Virus record (IMG/VR): IMGVR_UViG_3300012953_000073
Coordinates: 1 to 39,593 of that record
Origin: a virus
Lineage: Duplodnaviria; Caudoviricetes
Length of the DNA: 39,593 nt
Strand: one strand, 5' to 3'
Shown here: one piece after another, positions 10,394 through 19,115 of the stretch
Numbering within the stretch: the first letter of the stretch is position 1
Layout: each line of letters begins with the position of its first letter
Notes under the pieces: generated by a model
The model's input: the letters and a program-made list of their open reading frames with translations, nothing else
The model's database searches: none
Told to the model about the DNA's origin: nothing
Translations under genes and position numbers: made by a program

Positions 10394-11161
10394 ATGTCAA
10401 TCAATATGGAACTAATGAGGCAAAAACTTGCGTCTCTACGAGGAGAAGGAGGGGATAGGAGAGATTCGATCTGGTTCAAGCCCGACGAGGGGGATCAGGA
10501 TATTCGGATTGTGCCAACAAGCGATGGCGATCCTCTTAAGGAGATGCACTTTCATTATAACGTGGGAGAACACCGAGGAGGCATTTTATGCCCTAAGCGT
10601 AACTTCGGTGAGCACTGCCCAATTTGCGAATTCGCTTCCGCCGTATGGAAAGAAGGGGTTGAGAGTAACGACGAAGAAAGCAAGAAGCTAGCAAAGTCAC
10701 TTTTTGTTCGCGCTCGTTACTTCTCTCCCGTTGTAGTCCGCGGCCGTGAAGAAGAGGGAGTCAAGGTATATGGATATGGAAAGAAAGCTTATGAGCTTCT
10801 GCTTGGATATATTCTTGATCCCGAGTATGGAGATATCACTGATACCGGCGAGGGTACGGATATCACACTTACCTACACTAAGCCCACAACCCCGGGCGCA
10901 TACCCTCAAACAAACATGAAGATGAGACGCAATACGTCTCCCTTGCTTGAAGATACAGAATCGATCCCCGCCCTCCTTGATCGTCTGCCTGACTTCAATT
11001 CTCTTTTCGAGCGTCAGACCCCACAAGAAATTGACGCCTTGTTGGACGAACAACTTTCAGGCAATAAGTCTGCTGAGTCTCGTTCTCGAGAGACTGTTGC
11101 GTACGGTAATTCTGCAAGCGAGGTTGACAAAGCCTTTAACGAATTGATGAGTGGCAAGTAA
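10394..11161 (+). CDS. Single-stranded DNA-binding protein, T4 gp32-like, Zn-binding
   Basis: IRIVP, HFHY...CPKRNFGEHCPIC (His/Cys Zn ligands), DITD..EG.DI and an acidic C-terminus EVDKAFNELM. Lies upstream of recA. Confidence 0.85.
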   Translation: MSINMELMRQKLASLRGEGGDRRDSIWFKPDEGDQDIRIVPTSDGDPLKEMHFHYNVGEHRGGILCPKRNFGEHCPICEFASAVWKEGVESNDEESKKLAKSLFVRARYFSPVVVRGREEEGVKVYGYGKKAYELLLGYILDPEYGDITDTGEGTDITLTYTKPTTPGAYPQTNMKMRRNTSPLLEDTESIPALLDRLPDFNSLFERQTPQEIDALLDEQLSGNKSAESRSRETVAYGNSASEVDKAFNELMSGK

Positions 11162-11179
11162 TAATTGTTTGTTTGGTAA

Positions 11180-11210
11180 CCGCTGGCAGAGCGGGGGAAT
11201 ACTCTGCCGC
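11180..11210 (+). ncRNA. Repeated structured motif, copy 1 (putative H-type pseudoknot)
   Basis: CCG-CT-GGCAGAG-CGG-gggaata-CTCTGCC-GC. S1 is CCG/CGG; S2 is GGCAGAG/CTCTGCC. Confidence 0.7.
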
Positions 11211-11239
11211 AATTTTCTATAAACAAAAAGGAGAATGTT

Positions 11240-11500
11240 ATGGAATGGTTAAAATCCCTATGGGCCCGCTGGAAGGTTCAAGTAAGTGTCGTCGGAGGCG
11301 TTCTTGTCATCGCGACTGCGTACGGAACTTGCTCAGTCGAACCGCCTACTGTGTCTGATAATGTCACCACGGAAACAACCGTGACTGCTAATGAAACAGT
11401 CGAGGTTTCTGCTACCACAGAAACAACTGCGGAGACAACCGACACTACCACCAATGAAGGTGCTGCCGGTACGACCACAATCACAACTACGACTGAGTAG
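11240..11500 (+). CDS. Small membrane-anchored protein with a Thr/Glu-rich low-complexity tail
   Basis: AAGGAG RBS; amphipathic then hydrophobic N-terminus (VSVVGGVLVIATAYG); TTETT-type tail. Confidence 0.75.
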   Translation: MEWLKSLWARWKVQVSVVGGVLVIATAYGTCSVEPPTVSDNVTTETTVTANETVEVSATTETTAETTDTTTNEGAAGTTTITTTTE

Positions 11501-11507
11501 TAAGTAA

Positions 11508-11541
11508 AGCCGCCGGCACCCCGGCTGAAATCGGGTGCCGC
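11508..11541 (+). ncRNA. Repeated structured motif, copy 2 (putative H-type pseudoknot)
   Basis: AGCCG-CC-GGCACCC-CGGCT-gaaatc-GGGTGCC-GC. S1 is AGCCG/CGGCT; S2 is GGCACCC/GGGTGCC. Confidence 0.75.
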
Positions 11542-11560
11542 TATTTTTTAAGGAGAGAAG

Positions 11561-11671
11561 ATGAGACTAGTTCTACCAGTCCTTACTGTAGCCCTATTGG
11601 TGGGTTGCGGGGATAAGGATGAAGATACGGCGGCAGACACCGCTAGTGCTGCAGATACAGCAGCAGAGTGA
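11561..11671 (+). CDS. 36-aa lipoprotein (not in the ORF track): MRLVLPVLTVALLVGCGDKDEDTAADTASAADTAAE
   Basis: AAGGAG RBS at 11550-11555, signal peptide with lipobox LVG-C, acidic DTA-repeat mature peptide, and a TGA TAA double stop. Confidence 0.8.
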   Translation: MRLVLPVLTVALLVGCGDKDEDTAADTASAADTAAE

Positions 11672-11676
11672 TAAAA

Positions 11677-11707
11677 GCCGCTGGCAGACCGGTAAAAAGT
11701 CTGCCGC
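11677..11707 (+). ncRNA. Repeated structured motif, copy 3 (putative H-type pseudoknot) in the recA leader
   Basis: GCCG-CT-GGCAGAC-CGGT-aaaaa-GTCTGCC-GC. S1 is GCCG/CGGU; S2 is GGCAGAC/GTCTGCC. Confidence 0.75.
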
Positions 11708-11728
11708 TTTTAATTTATAGGAGGGCAA

Positions 11729-12877
11729 ATGCCTAAGAAAAGTAAAACTGCACCTGGACGTGTTGATCTTCAGGGGCTAATGAGTATTGTCAACAAAAAA
11801 GCCGGCCGCAATGTGGCCCACGATCTGACGGGAGATAATCCAACTTCCGTTAAGGAATGGATCCCGACTGGATCTCGATGGCTCGATTCCATCATCTGCA
11901 AAGGACAGGTTGCCGGCATTCCAGTAGGTAAAGTTACAGAAATTGCAGGTCTCGAGTCTACTGGTAAATCATATATGGCAGCGCAAATTGCTGCAAATGC
12001 CCAAAAGATGGGCAAACTTATTGTTTATTTCGATTCAGAGTCCGCCATCGATCCAACGTTCTTAGAGCGCTCCGGTTGCGATTTGGGGCGTCTTATGTAC
12101 GTACAGGCATCCTCGGTAGAGTTCGTATTAGAAACGATTGAGGAGCTTCTGGGAGCCACTGATGAGCAGTTTGTGTTTATCTGGGATTCGCTGGCATTTA
12201 CTCCATCGGTTTCAGATGTTGAAGGTGACTTCAACCCACAATCGTCAATGGCAGTAAAGGCTCGCATTCTTGCAAAGGGAATGTCGAAGCTGACTATTCC
12301 GCTGGCAGACAAGCAAGCTACATTTATTGTTCTCAATCAACTGAAAACAAATATTCCCCAAGGACCAAATGCGAGAGTCGTCGCAATGACTACTCCATAT
12401 ATCACACCAGGAGGTAAAGCGATGCATTACGCATATTCTTTGCGAATTTGGCTTACCGGCCGCAAAGCTAAGTCTTCATTCATCGAAGACGAGAAGGGAT
12501 TTCGGATTGGCTCGGAAGTAAAAGTAAAATTAGAAAAGTCTCGATTCGGCACCCAGGGTAGATCATGCGCGTTTCGCATTTTGTGGGGCACCGATCAGAT
12601 TGGTATCCGAGATGAGGAAAGCTGGTTTGACGCAATCAAAGGTTCCGATTCTCTCACCTCTGCGGGTGCTTGGTATACATTTAGAACATTGGACGGGTAC
12701 GAAAAGAAATTCCAACCTTCAAAGTGGTCTGATATCATCATGACAGACGCAGAGTTTAGACAAAGAGTAATCGAAGTGATGGATCAGGAGATAGTGCAAA
12801 AGTTTGATAAACGACAGGGCGATGCCAGTGCTTTCTATGAGGACCCGGCCGATCTATCGGTACCGGTGGGTCAGTGA
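11729..12877 (+). CDS. recA: RecA/UvsX recombinase
   Basis: IPTGS..LD, Walker A GLESTGKS, YFDSE, WDSL, NQLK and TPGGKA motifs. Confidence 0.93.
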   Translation: MPKKSKTAPGRVDLQGLMSIVNKKAGRNVAHDLTGDNPTSVKEWIPTGSRWLDSIICKGQVAGIPVGKVTEIAGLESTGKSYMAAQIAANAQKMGKLIVYFDSESAIDPTFLERSGCDLGRLMYVQASSVEFVLETIEELLGATDEQFVFIWDSLAFTPSVSDVEGDFNPQSSMAVKARILAKGMSKLTIPLADKQATFIVLNQLKTNIPQGPNARVVAMTTPYITPGGKAMHYAYSLRIWLTGRKAKSSFIEDEKGFRIGSEVKVKLEKSRFGTQGRSCAFRILWGTDQIGIRDEESWFDAIKGSDSLTSAGAWYTFRTLDGYEKKFQPSKWSDIIMTDAEFRQRVIEVMDQEIVQKFDKRQGDASAFYEDPADLSVPVGQ

Positions 12878-12884
12878 GGATATT

Positions 12885-13856
12885 ATGACGAGTACAGATA
12901 AGAAAAGAGTTATTGTTATTGATGCCTTGAATATGTTTTTGAGAGCATATATCGTAGATCCGTCGCTGTCCAGTAATGGGCACCCAATTGGCGGGATAAA
13001 GGGCTCATTTAAGATCTTGCAAAAACTTGTAAGGATGACTAAGCCGAATGCTGTAGTTATAGTATGGGACGGCCCAAATGGATCCAAAAAGCGGCGCTCA
13101 ATGGATAAGAACTATAAGAGTGGCCGGAAACCTATACGCCTTAACAGAGCATTCCACAACCTTACAGAAGATGAAGAATTGCACAACAAAATCTGGCAGC
13201 AAACTAGAACAATCGAATACATAAACGAAATGCCAATAGTGCAAATAATGTTGCCTGAGATTGAGGCTGATGACGTGATTGCGCACGTATGTAATTTACA
13301 GCATTATTCAGAATGGCAGAAGGTTATAATATCGAATGATAAGGATTTTCTTCAACTGTGTAACGATAGCACGGTACTCTACAGGCCAACAGCAGACGAA
13401 CTTATGAATCAAAAGAGAGTTGTGGAACAGTATGGAGTACATCCAACAAACATGGCCCTAGCAAGAGCCATAGTGGGGGATTCCTCAGACAATCTAAAAG
13501 GAATTAAAGGCGCAGGCTTGGTATCAGTAAAGAAGCGACTGTCTTTTTTGGCCTCCGAAAAGGATTATACTATTGACGATGTTATCCAATTTTGCGAAAA
13601 CGCCGATAGTAAGATCAAGTTCTTCAGCAATATCGTTGAAGGTCAGGCGATCGTCGAGCACAATTATAAAATGATGCAACTGTATTCTCCCCAGCTTTCG
13701 ATACAGTCAAAAGACTTTGTCAAGAACTCAATTGAGAATTTTGAGTGCAATTTCAACAATATAGAAATTATTAAAAAAATGCGTCAAGACGGCTTTGGAG
13801 AGCTTAATTGGGAAGACCTTAGAACTCATCTGAATAAAATTCAGGCAGACTGTTAA
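12885..13856 (+). CDS. 5'-3' exonuclease / T4 RNase H-like flap nuclease
   Basis: VIDALN, VWDG, YKSGR, EADDVIA, SNDKDFLQL and GDSSDNLKGIKGAG motifs. Start placed at ATG 12885 after GAGGA. Confidence 0.9.
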   Translation: MTSTDKKRVIVIDALNMFLRAYIVDPSLSSNGHPIGGIKGSFKILQKLVRMTKPNAVVIVWDGPNGSKKRRSMDKNYKSGRKPIRLNRAFHNLTEDEELHNKIWQQTRTIEYINEMPIVQIMLPEIEADDVIAHVCNLQHYSEWQKVIISNDKDFLQLCNDSTVLYRPTADELMNQKRVVEQYGVHPTNMALARAIVGDSSDNLKGIKGAGLVSVKKRLSFLASEKDYTIDDVIQFCENADSKIKFFSNIVEGQAIVEHNYKMMQLYSPQLSIQSKDFVKNSIENFECNFNNIEIIKKMRQDGFGELNWEDLRTHLNKIQADC

Positions 13857-13861
13857 AATGC

Positions 13862-13889
13862 TTGACTTATATACAGGGAGTGTTATAAT
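13862..13889 (+). promoter_or_regulatory. Sigma70-type promoter for the helicase-RNR operon
   Basis: TTGACT, 16 nt, TATAAT with a TGn extended -10. Confidence 0.7.
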
Positions 13890-13911
13890 TAGAATGTGCG
13901 TGGGGTGATAA

Positions 13912-15315
13912 TTGGCGAATTCGACATCAGCTAGTTTCGGAAAATACGGCAAGTCTTTCCAAGAGGGTTTAGTCCAGCTTATTTATCAAGATCGGCCATT
14001 CGCCGACCAGATAACAGAAGTGCTGGACTTAAATTTTCTTGAGCTAGAGTACTTGCGAGTTTTTACTGAAAAGATTATATCTTATCGAGAAAGATATTCC
14101 AAACATCCATCCGCGAACGCCATTGCGACTATATTGCGCACGGAACTTGAAAAAGAAGAAACAGTTACCCAGCAACAGGTCAAAGAGTACTTCGCTAAGA
14201 TTTCAACAAGTGAACTAGCAGATGTGGAATACATTAAGGAGCAGTCCCTAGATTTTTGCAGAAAGCAGAATCTTAAGGATGCAATGTTACAGTCAGTAGA
14301 TCTGCTGCAGAGTTGTTCTTTTGATCAGATTTCTAAAATTATAAACGATTCTTTAAAGCTGGGATCTGAAACTAATTTTGGTCATGATTATCTTGCTGAT
14401 TTTGAGGCTAGGTATACTCCAAAACACCGACAACCAGTTACGACTGGTTGGAAAGATATTGATAACATTGTTGGCGGCGGTCTAGGCAAGAGCGAGCTTG
14501 GTGTTGTCGTTGCGCCGACCGGCGCAGGAAAATCAATGGTTTTGGTACACCTCGGCGCTCAAGCAGTGTTGGAGGGAAAGACTGTTGTTCACTATACTCT
14601 AGAACTTCAGGATACCGTAATAGCAAATCGATATGATAGTTGTATAACAGGCTACCCTCTCAGCAACCTGGGCGCCTTTAAGAGCGAGATATATGAAGAA
14701 ATTAAAGATCTGGAGGGTTCTTTGATTGTTAAAGAGTATCCAACTAAGTCGGCCTCCGTTAACACCATTCGTTCCCATTTAAATAAATTAATGAAAAGAG
14801 GGATTAACCCGGGCCTCATAATCGTAGACTATGCGGATCTTTTAAAGCCTATTGTTGTAAGAAAAGAGAAACGCGCCGAGTTGGAATCTATATATGAGGA
14901 ACTCAGGGGAATGTCAACTGAGTTTGGCTGCCCGATTTGGACCGCCTCGCAAACAAATCGCTCCGGACTAAACGCAGAGGTGATCACAATGGAGCAAATT
15001 TCCGAAGCATTTAATAAGTGTTTTGTGGCAGATTTTATTTTCTCTGTATCTCGAACAATTGAGGATAAGCAAAATAATACTGGTAAAATTTTTATTGCAA
15101 AAAATAGAAACGGACCAGATGGAATAGTATATGATATATTCATGGACACTTCTAACGTAAAAATAAAAACAATGCCCAAGGCAAACACGGTTAGTCCGAC
15201 GCAATCTTCGTCACAAATACCGACAAACCCAGTCGCCCTTGGTTCCACGCAGCAGCGCGAACTGCTTCAAAATAAATATGAAAAATTTCGTACCACAAAT
15301 AAAAGGAATAATTAA
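13912..15315 (+). CDS. dnaB: Replicative helicase, DnaB/T4 gp41-like
   Basis: Walker A APTGAGKS, HYTLEL, IIVDYADLL, WTASQTNR and KNRNG motifs; TTG start. Confidence 0.9.
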   Translation: MANSTSASFGKYGKSFQEGLVQLIYQDRPFADQITEVLDLNFLELEYLRVFTEKIISYRERYSKHPSANAIATILRTELEKEETVTQQQVKEYFAKISTSELADVEYIKEQSLDFCRKQNLKDAMLQSVDLLQSCSFDQISKIINDSLKLGSETNFGHDYLADFEARYTPKHRQPVTTGWKDIDNIVGGGLGKSELGVVVAPTGAGKSMVLVHLGAQAVLEGKTVVHYTLELQDTVIANRYDSCITGYPLSNLGAFKSEIYEEIKDLEGSLIVKEYPTKSASVNTIRSHLNKLMKRGINPGLIIVDYADLLKPIVVRKEKRAELESIYEELRGMSTEFGCPIWTASQTNRSGLNAEVITMEQISEAFNKCFVADFIFSVSRTIEDKQNNTGKIFIAKNRNGPDGIVYDIFMDTSNVKIKTMPKANTVSPTQSSSQIPTNPVALGSTQQRELLQNKYEKFRTTNKRNN

Positions 15316-15317
15316 AA

Positions 15318-17285
15318 ATGAGAACAGTTGAGAATATCCGAAGGTTCAGGTTGTCTGAGTCTTTTATTGAGCCGTATAAAGAACAAAGAGTCCCATGGGG
15401 CCCACTAGGGTATGTTACATTTAAGCGTACTTATGCCCGCCGACTTAGCGAATTTGATTCGGGAGCCACCGGATCCGAAGAGTGGTGGCAGACGTGTAAG
15501 CGAGTCGTCGAGGGGATGTTTAATATGCAGAAACAACATGTGTTCCAGCTTGGTCTTGAGTGGAATGATGCGAAAGCACAAAAAACTGCTAAAGAGGCAT
15601 ATGATCGGCTATTCAGCCTCAAATGGACACCTCCGGGCCGCGGCCTTTGGATGATGGGAACGAAATTTATCGAAGAGAGAACTGCTGCTGGCTTGTTTAA
15701 CTGCGCCTTTCGCTCAACTCGCGATTTGGCCACGAAAGGTGGCTATCTGTTTGCGTGGATGATGGATGCACTAATGGTTGGCATTGGGGTCGGTTTTGAT
15801 ACAGAAGGTGCTGGTACACTAACTATCACAGAGCCTGAGTACACTAATGATACACTGGTTATTGATGACTCCCGTGAGGGGTGGGTCAACTCAGTACACA
15901 CTCTTCTTGATGGATTCTTTTTTGGGGGGAAAGTGCCTAAGTTTGATTACTCAGATATTCGTCCATATGGTGCGGAGATCAAAGGGTTTGGTGGAACGTC
16001 AAGCGGCGCCGATCCGCTTATCGAGTTACATAAGAATCTTAAAGAATTGTTCTCAGCAAAAATCGGAGAGTCGATAACATCTGTTGACATCGTAGATACA
16101 GAAAATCTTATTGGAAGATGTGTTGTATCCGGAAATGTCCGGCGGTCAGCTGCTTTGGCGATGGGCGCCCACGACGATATAAAATATTTAGAAATGAAAA
16201 ACGATCAAGAAAAACTATACCACCACCGATGGGGTTCAAATAATTCTTTCAATGCTAAGATTGGTATGGACTACACTTGGCACGCAGCTCAAAGTCAAAA
16301 AAATGGTGAGCCGGGATATATTTGGCTTGACAACGCGCGATCGAGAGGTAGGTTCAAGGACGACGAGCGGTTCGATGATATCAATGTAGCAGGGTTCAAC
16401 CCTTGTGTGGAACAGCAGCTTGAAGACGCAGAATTGTGTTGCTTGGTGGAAACGTTTCCGGCTAAGCACGAAGATCTAGATGATTATCTTAAGACATTAA
16501 AGATCGCGTATCTATATGGAAAAACCATTACCCTTTCCAACACCCACTGGCCAGAAACAAACGCGAAGATGCTTAAAAATCGTCGCATCGGGTTATCACA
16601 GTCGGGAGTGGTTCAAGCATTTAATCGCCATGGCCGTAGAGAGATGTATGGCTGGTGCGATAAGGGATATGGTTATGTCACCCAGCTTGACAAGGATTAC
16701 TCAAATTGGCTTTGCATTCCAAAATCAGTGCGGATGACTTCTATTAAGCCGTCGGGAACAGTATCGTTGCTAAACGGATCCACTCCGGGTATCCATTTTC
16801 CAGAAAATGAATACTATATTCGACGTATTAGGTTCGCGACAGACTCAAAATTAATTCCCGTGCTTCGAGATTCTGGCTATCATATCGAGAAGGATGAATA
16901 TACACCAAACACCTTGGTTGTAGAGTTCCCAGTCAAAGAGCCTTACTTCACAAAAGGCAAAAAAGATGTCAGTATGTGGGAACAACTGGAGATAGCCGCC
17001 CAGTACCAGCATTATTGGGCAGACAATTCGGTGTCTATAACTGTGACATTCAATGGGGAAGAAGCCCCGCAGATTAAGGATGCATTAGAGATGTATGAAT
17101 CTCGCTTGAAGGCAGTCTCCTTCTTAAGGCTGTCCGAAACTGGCTACAAGCAGGCTCCGTACGAGGCGATCACTGAAAAAGAATATAAGAAAAGAATTAA
17201 GAACCTTAAGGTAATTAAAAGATTTGAAGAATCTGAGGATGCCGTGGGTACGAAGTATTGCACAAACGATACTTGCACGTTATAG
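15318..17285 (+). CDS. nrdJ: Class II (adenosylcobalamin-dependent) ribonucleoside-triphosphate reductase
   Basis: PPGRGLW, NCAF, GNVRRSA, NPCVEQ, IKPSGTVS and the C-terminal cysteine pair CTNDTC, typical of monomeric RTPR. Confidence 0.9.
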   Translation: MRTVENIRRFRLSESFIEPYKEQRVPWGPLGYVTFKRTYARRLSEFDSGATGSEEWWQTCKRVVEGMFNMQKQHVFQLGLEWNDAKAQKTAKEAYDRLFSLKWTPPGRGLWMMGTKFIEERTAAGLFNCAFRSTRDLATKGGYLFAWMMDALMVGIGVGFDTEGAGTLTITEPEYTNDTLVIDDSREGWVNSVHTLLDGFFFGGKVPKFDYSDIRPYGAEIKGFGGTSSGADPLIELHKNLKELFSAKIGESITSVDIVDTENLIGRCVVSGNVRRSAALAMGAHDDIKYLEMKNDQEKLYHHRWGSNNSFNAKIGMDYTWHAAQSQKNGEPGYIWLDNARSRGRFKDDERFDDINVAGFNPCVEQQLEDAELCCLVETFPAKHEDLDDYLKTLKIAYLYGKTITLSNTHWPETNAKMLKNRRIGLSQSGVVQAFNRHGRREMYGWCDKGYGYVTQLDKDYSNWLCIPKSVRMTSIKPSGTVSLLNGSTPGIHFPENEYYIRRIRFATDSKLIPVLRDSGYHIEKDEYTPNTLVVEFPVKEPYFTKGKKDVSMWEQLEIAAQYQHYWADNSVSITVTFNGEEAPQIKDALEMYESRLKAVSFLRLSETGYKQAPYEAITEKEYKKRIKNLKVIKRFEESEDAVGTKYCTNDTCTL

Positions 17286-17294
17286 AGGAAAAAA

Positions 17295-17564
17295 ATGTTT
17301 AAACCAGTAAATAGATATATTTTAATTGAGATGACCCAAGCCGAACCAGAGGGCGAGAACTCTCTGATAGTGCTACCAGAAGATTACAAAAAACCAGAGC
17401 CAACACATGCTAGCGCTCTTGTGGTTTGCGCCGCAGAAGACGTTCGCTTTGCAATAAGTGAAGGCGAGCGTATAGTGATCGATCGAAGTATGATAGAAGA
17501 AATAAGCGTAGATGGAACTATTTATAATGTAATATTGGACAACTATGTGGTTGCCATTGTTTGA
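17295..17564 (+). CDS. groES: GroES-like co-chaperonin
   Basis: KPVNRYILIE...IVLPE...GERIVI...VDGTIYNVI...VVAIV matches the Cpn10 layout at 89 aa. Confidence 0.7.
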   Translation: MFKPVNRYILIEMTQAEPEGENSLIVLPEDYKKPEPTHASALVVCAAEDVRFAISEGERIVIDRSMIEEISVDGTIYNVILDNYVVAIV

Positions 17565-17582
17565 TAGATAGGAATTTTAGAA

Positions 17583-18512
17583 ATGGACAAGCACTTCTAC
17601 AATGAAGCGTCTGCCAAGAAATTAGGATGGGAACCTAGCTGGTTTGGTGAAAAATATTTTGATGACAAACTCGTAAGAGCCATAAAAAAATGGCAGAAAA
17701 AGAGGGAAATAAAAGTGGACGGACTGTGTGGTCCAGCAACTTTTAGACGTCTCTGGACGGAACGAGAATCCAAAGTTGATCAACACAAGCCAGAAAATCC
17801 TAATTATTCCAATTATATTGTGTACAATGGAAACTTTTATCCTATTGAGTGGGACAAGTTCGTCCTCTGGAGTGAGGATAGCGGCCTAAGCGCACGCCCC
17901 GGTAATTACTACGACTACTCTGGCCGGCCGCAGAGGTCCATACGCTATTTTGTTAACCACTGGGATGTGTGCCTCTCATCAAAATCCTGCCAAAGGGTGT
18001 TAGATCGTCGTGGCATTTCAGTGCACTTTTTGATTGATAACGACGGCACCATCTATCAAACCTTAGATTTGCAACACGCCGCCTGGCATGCCGGCAGCGC
18101 TAGAACCAACAGACCATCAGTTGGGGTGGAGATCTCCAATGCGTATTATCCTAAATATCAAGAATGGTATGTTAAAAATGGCTTTGGGGAGCGACCTCTG
18201 GTTGAAGGTGCATGGGTGCACGGCTCCCCTCTGCAGCCATTTTTGGATTTTTACCCGGCCCAAATTGATGCTCTCAAGGCGCTATGGAAGGCGATTCATG
18301 AGGCCACCGGCATACCGTATGAGACGCCGTTGGGGCAATTTGGAAAAACTTCCACCAAATATGTGCAAGATGTTGCATACGGAAACTTCCAAGGATTTGT
18401 CAGCCACTATCACGTCAATAAGAGTAAGATAGATTGTGCAGGGCTCGATATCAAGACATTGATTGATGAGGTTCGCTATGGGATTGACATTGTAGATTGG
18501 CCCAAGAAGTAA
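17583..18512 (+). CDS. Endolysin: peptidoglycan-binding domain plus N-acetylmuramoyl-L-alanine amidase (Amidase_2)
   Basis: AIKKWQ...VDGLCGPAT (PG-binding); NHWD, SVHFLID.DG.IYQ, AWHAG, N..SVGVEI, SHY and KIDC (Zn amidase). Confidence 0.88.
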   Translation: MDKHFYNEASAKKLGWEPSWFGEKYFDDKLVRAIKKWQKKREIKVDGLCGPATFRRLWTERESKVDQHKPENPNYSNYIVYNGNFYPIEWDKFVLWSEDSGLSARPGNYYDYSGRPQRSIRYFVNHWDVCLSSKSCQRVLDRRGISVHFLIDNDGTIYQTLDLQHAAWHAGSARTNRPSVGVEISNAYYPKYQEWYVKNGFGERPLVEGAWVHGSPLQPFLDFYPAQIDALKALWKAIHEATGIPYETPLGQFGKTSTKYVQDVAYGNFQGFVSHYHVNKSKIDCAGLDIKTLIDEVRYGIDIVDWPKK

Positions 18513-18525
18513 TTTATTCTTGCGC

Positions 18526-18532
18526 CTATTTA
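18526..18532 (+). promoter_or_regulatory. Putative late-promoter motif CTATTTA
   Basis: Same core as the copies at 31100, 32815 and 38478; ends 4 nt before ATG 18537. Confidence 0.4.
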
Positions 18533-18536
18533 ATGT

Positions 18537-19082
18537 ATGGGCGGATTGAAGGCATTATTTTGGCTTTGTGTGTTTGTTGTTTCTGACGCTCCTCGTGATA
18601 CGTTTACTGTAAGTTCGCCATCTGTCGCGGAAGCACTCGTAATAGGTGGACCACAGAAAAAAGCAGATTGGGCGACTACGCCAAGTGTAAGAATATGTTC
18701 TGATTCGGGAGTTTCCTTTTCGCGCGCATCACAGGCGATTAGGTATTGGGAGATGTTGGGTTATGACTTCGACGACGTGCGCTCAGACGTTCAACCAGTT
18801 TGCAGGGAGCCGTACTTTGGCGAAATAGTCATCACGCTCCCAGATGGAAAATTCGAAAATCACCACATTGCCGCTACACGTCTTTATACTCAAACGTCTA
18901 CTGGAAAAATAGTCAAAGCCAAGATTCAAATTTTTCCAAAGTCTGCTAGAAAAGAGAGAGTACTAGAACATGAGATAGGCCACGCGCTGGGCTGGTCTCA
19001 TTACTCACAGCGGTTTCATATGATGCATCCTGCGTGGTTATATGGGGGATTTAACTCTAAAGGCCTCAGAAAACACAATTGA
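18537..19082 (+). CDS. Secreted metzincin (matrixin/M10-like) metalloprotease
   Basis: HEIGHALGWSH (HExxHxxGxxH), Met-turn HMMHP and a hydrophobic N-terminus. Confidence 0.85.
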   Translation: MGGLKALFWLCVFVVSDAPRDTFTVSSPSVAEALVIGGPQKKADWATTPSVRICSDSGVSFSRASQAIRYWEMLGYDFDDVRSDVQPVCREPYFGEIVITLPDGKFENHHIAATRLYTQTSTGKIVKAKIQIFPKSARKERVLEHEIGHALGWSHYSQRFHMMHPAWLYGGFNSKGLRKHN

Positions 19083-19107
19083 CAAACTGTCTTAAGTAAG
19101 TTATAAT
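19079..19107 (+). promoter_or_regulatory. Perfect-consensus sigma70 promoter
   Basis: TTGACA, 17 nt, TATAAT. ATG 19116 is only 8 nt downstream, implying a near-leaderless mRNA. Confidence 0.85.
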
Positions 19108-19115
19108 TAGATATT

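Noticed and set aside
11123-11151. TTGACA near the end of ssb as an internal promoter
   Set aside because: There is no acceptable -10 hexamer at 16-18 nt spacing.
11173-11358. 61-aa + strand ORF from the track
   Set aside because: It overlaps the RNA motif and the RBS-supported ORF at 11240 in another frame, and has no RBS.
11498-11707. Pseudoknots as stop-codon readthrough or frameshift signals (copies 2 and 3 begin 5-7 nt after a stop)
   Set aside because: Each upstream ORF ends in two in-frame stops and I see no slippery heptamer at the right spacing.
11180-11707. Repeats as CRISPR repeats or integron attC sites
   Set aside because: The intervals are whole genes of unequal length, RYYYAAC/GTTRRRY ends are not conserved, and there is no cas or integrase gene in the window.
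12842-12872. Imperfect inverted repeat at the recA 3' end (CCGA-tcta-TCGG core)
   Set aside because: It is a single copy inside coding sequence, irregular, has no U tract and does not match the three-copy motif.
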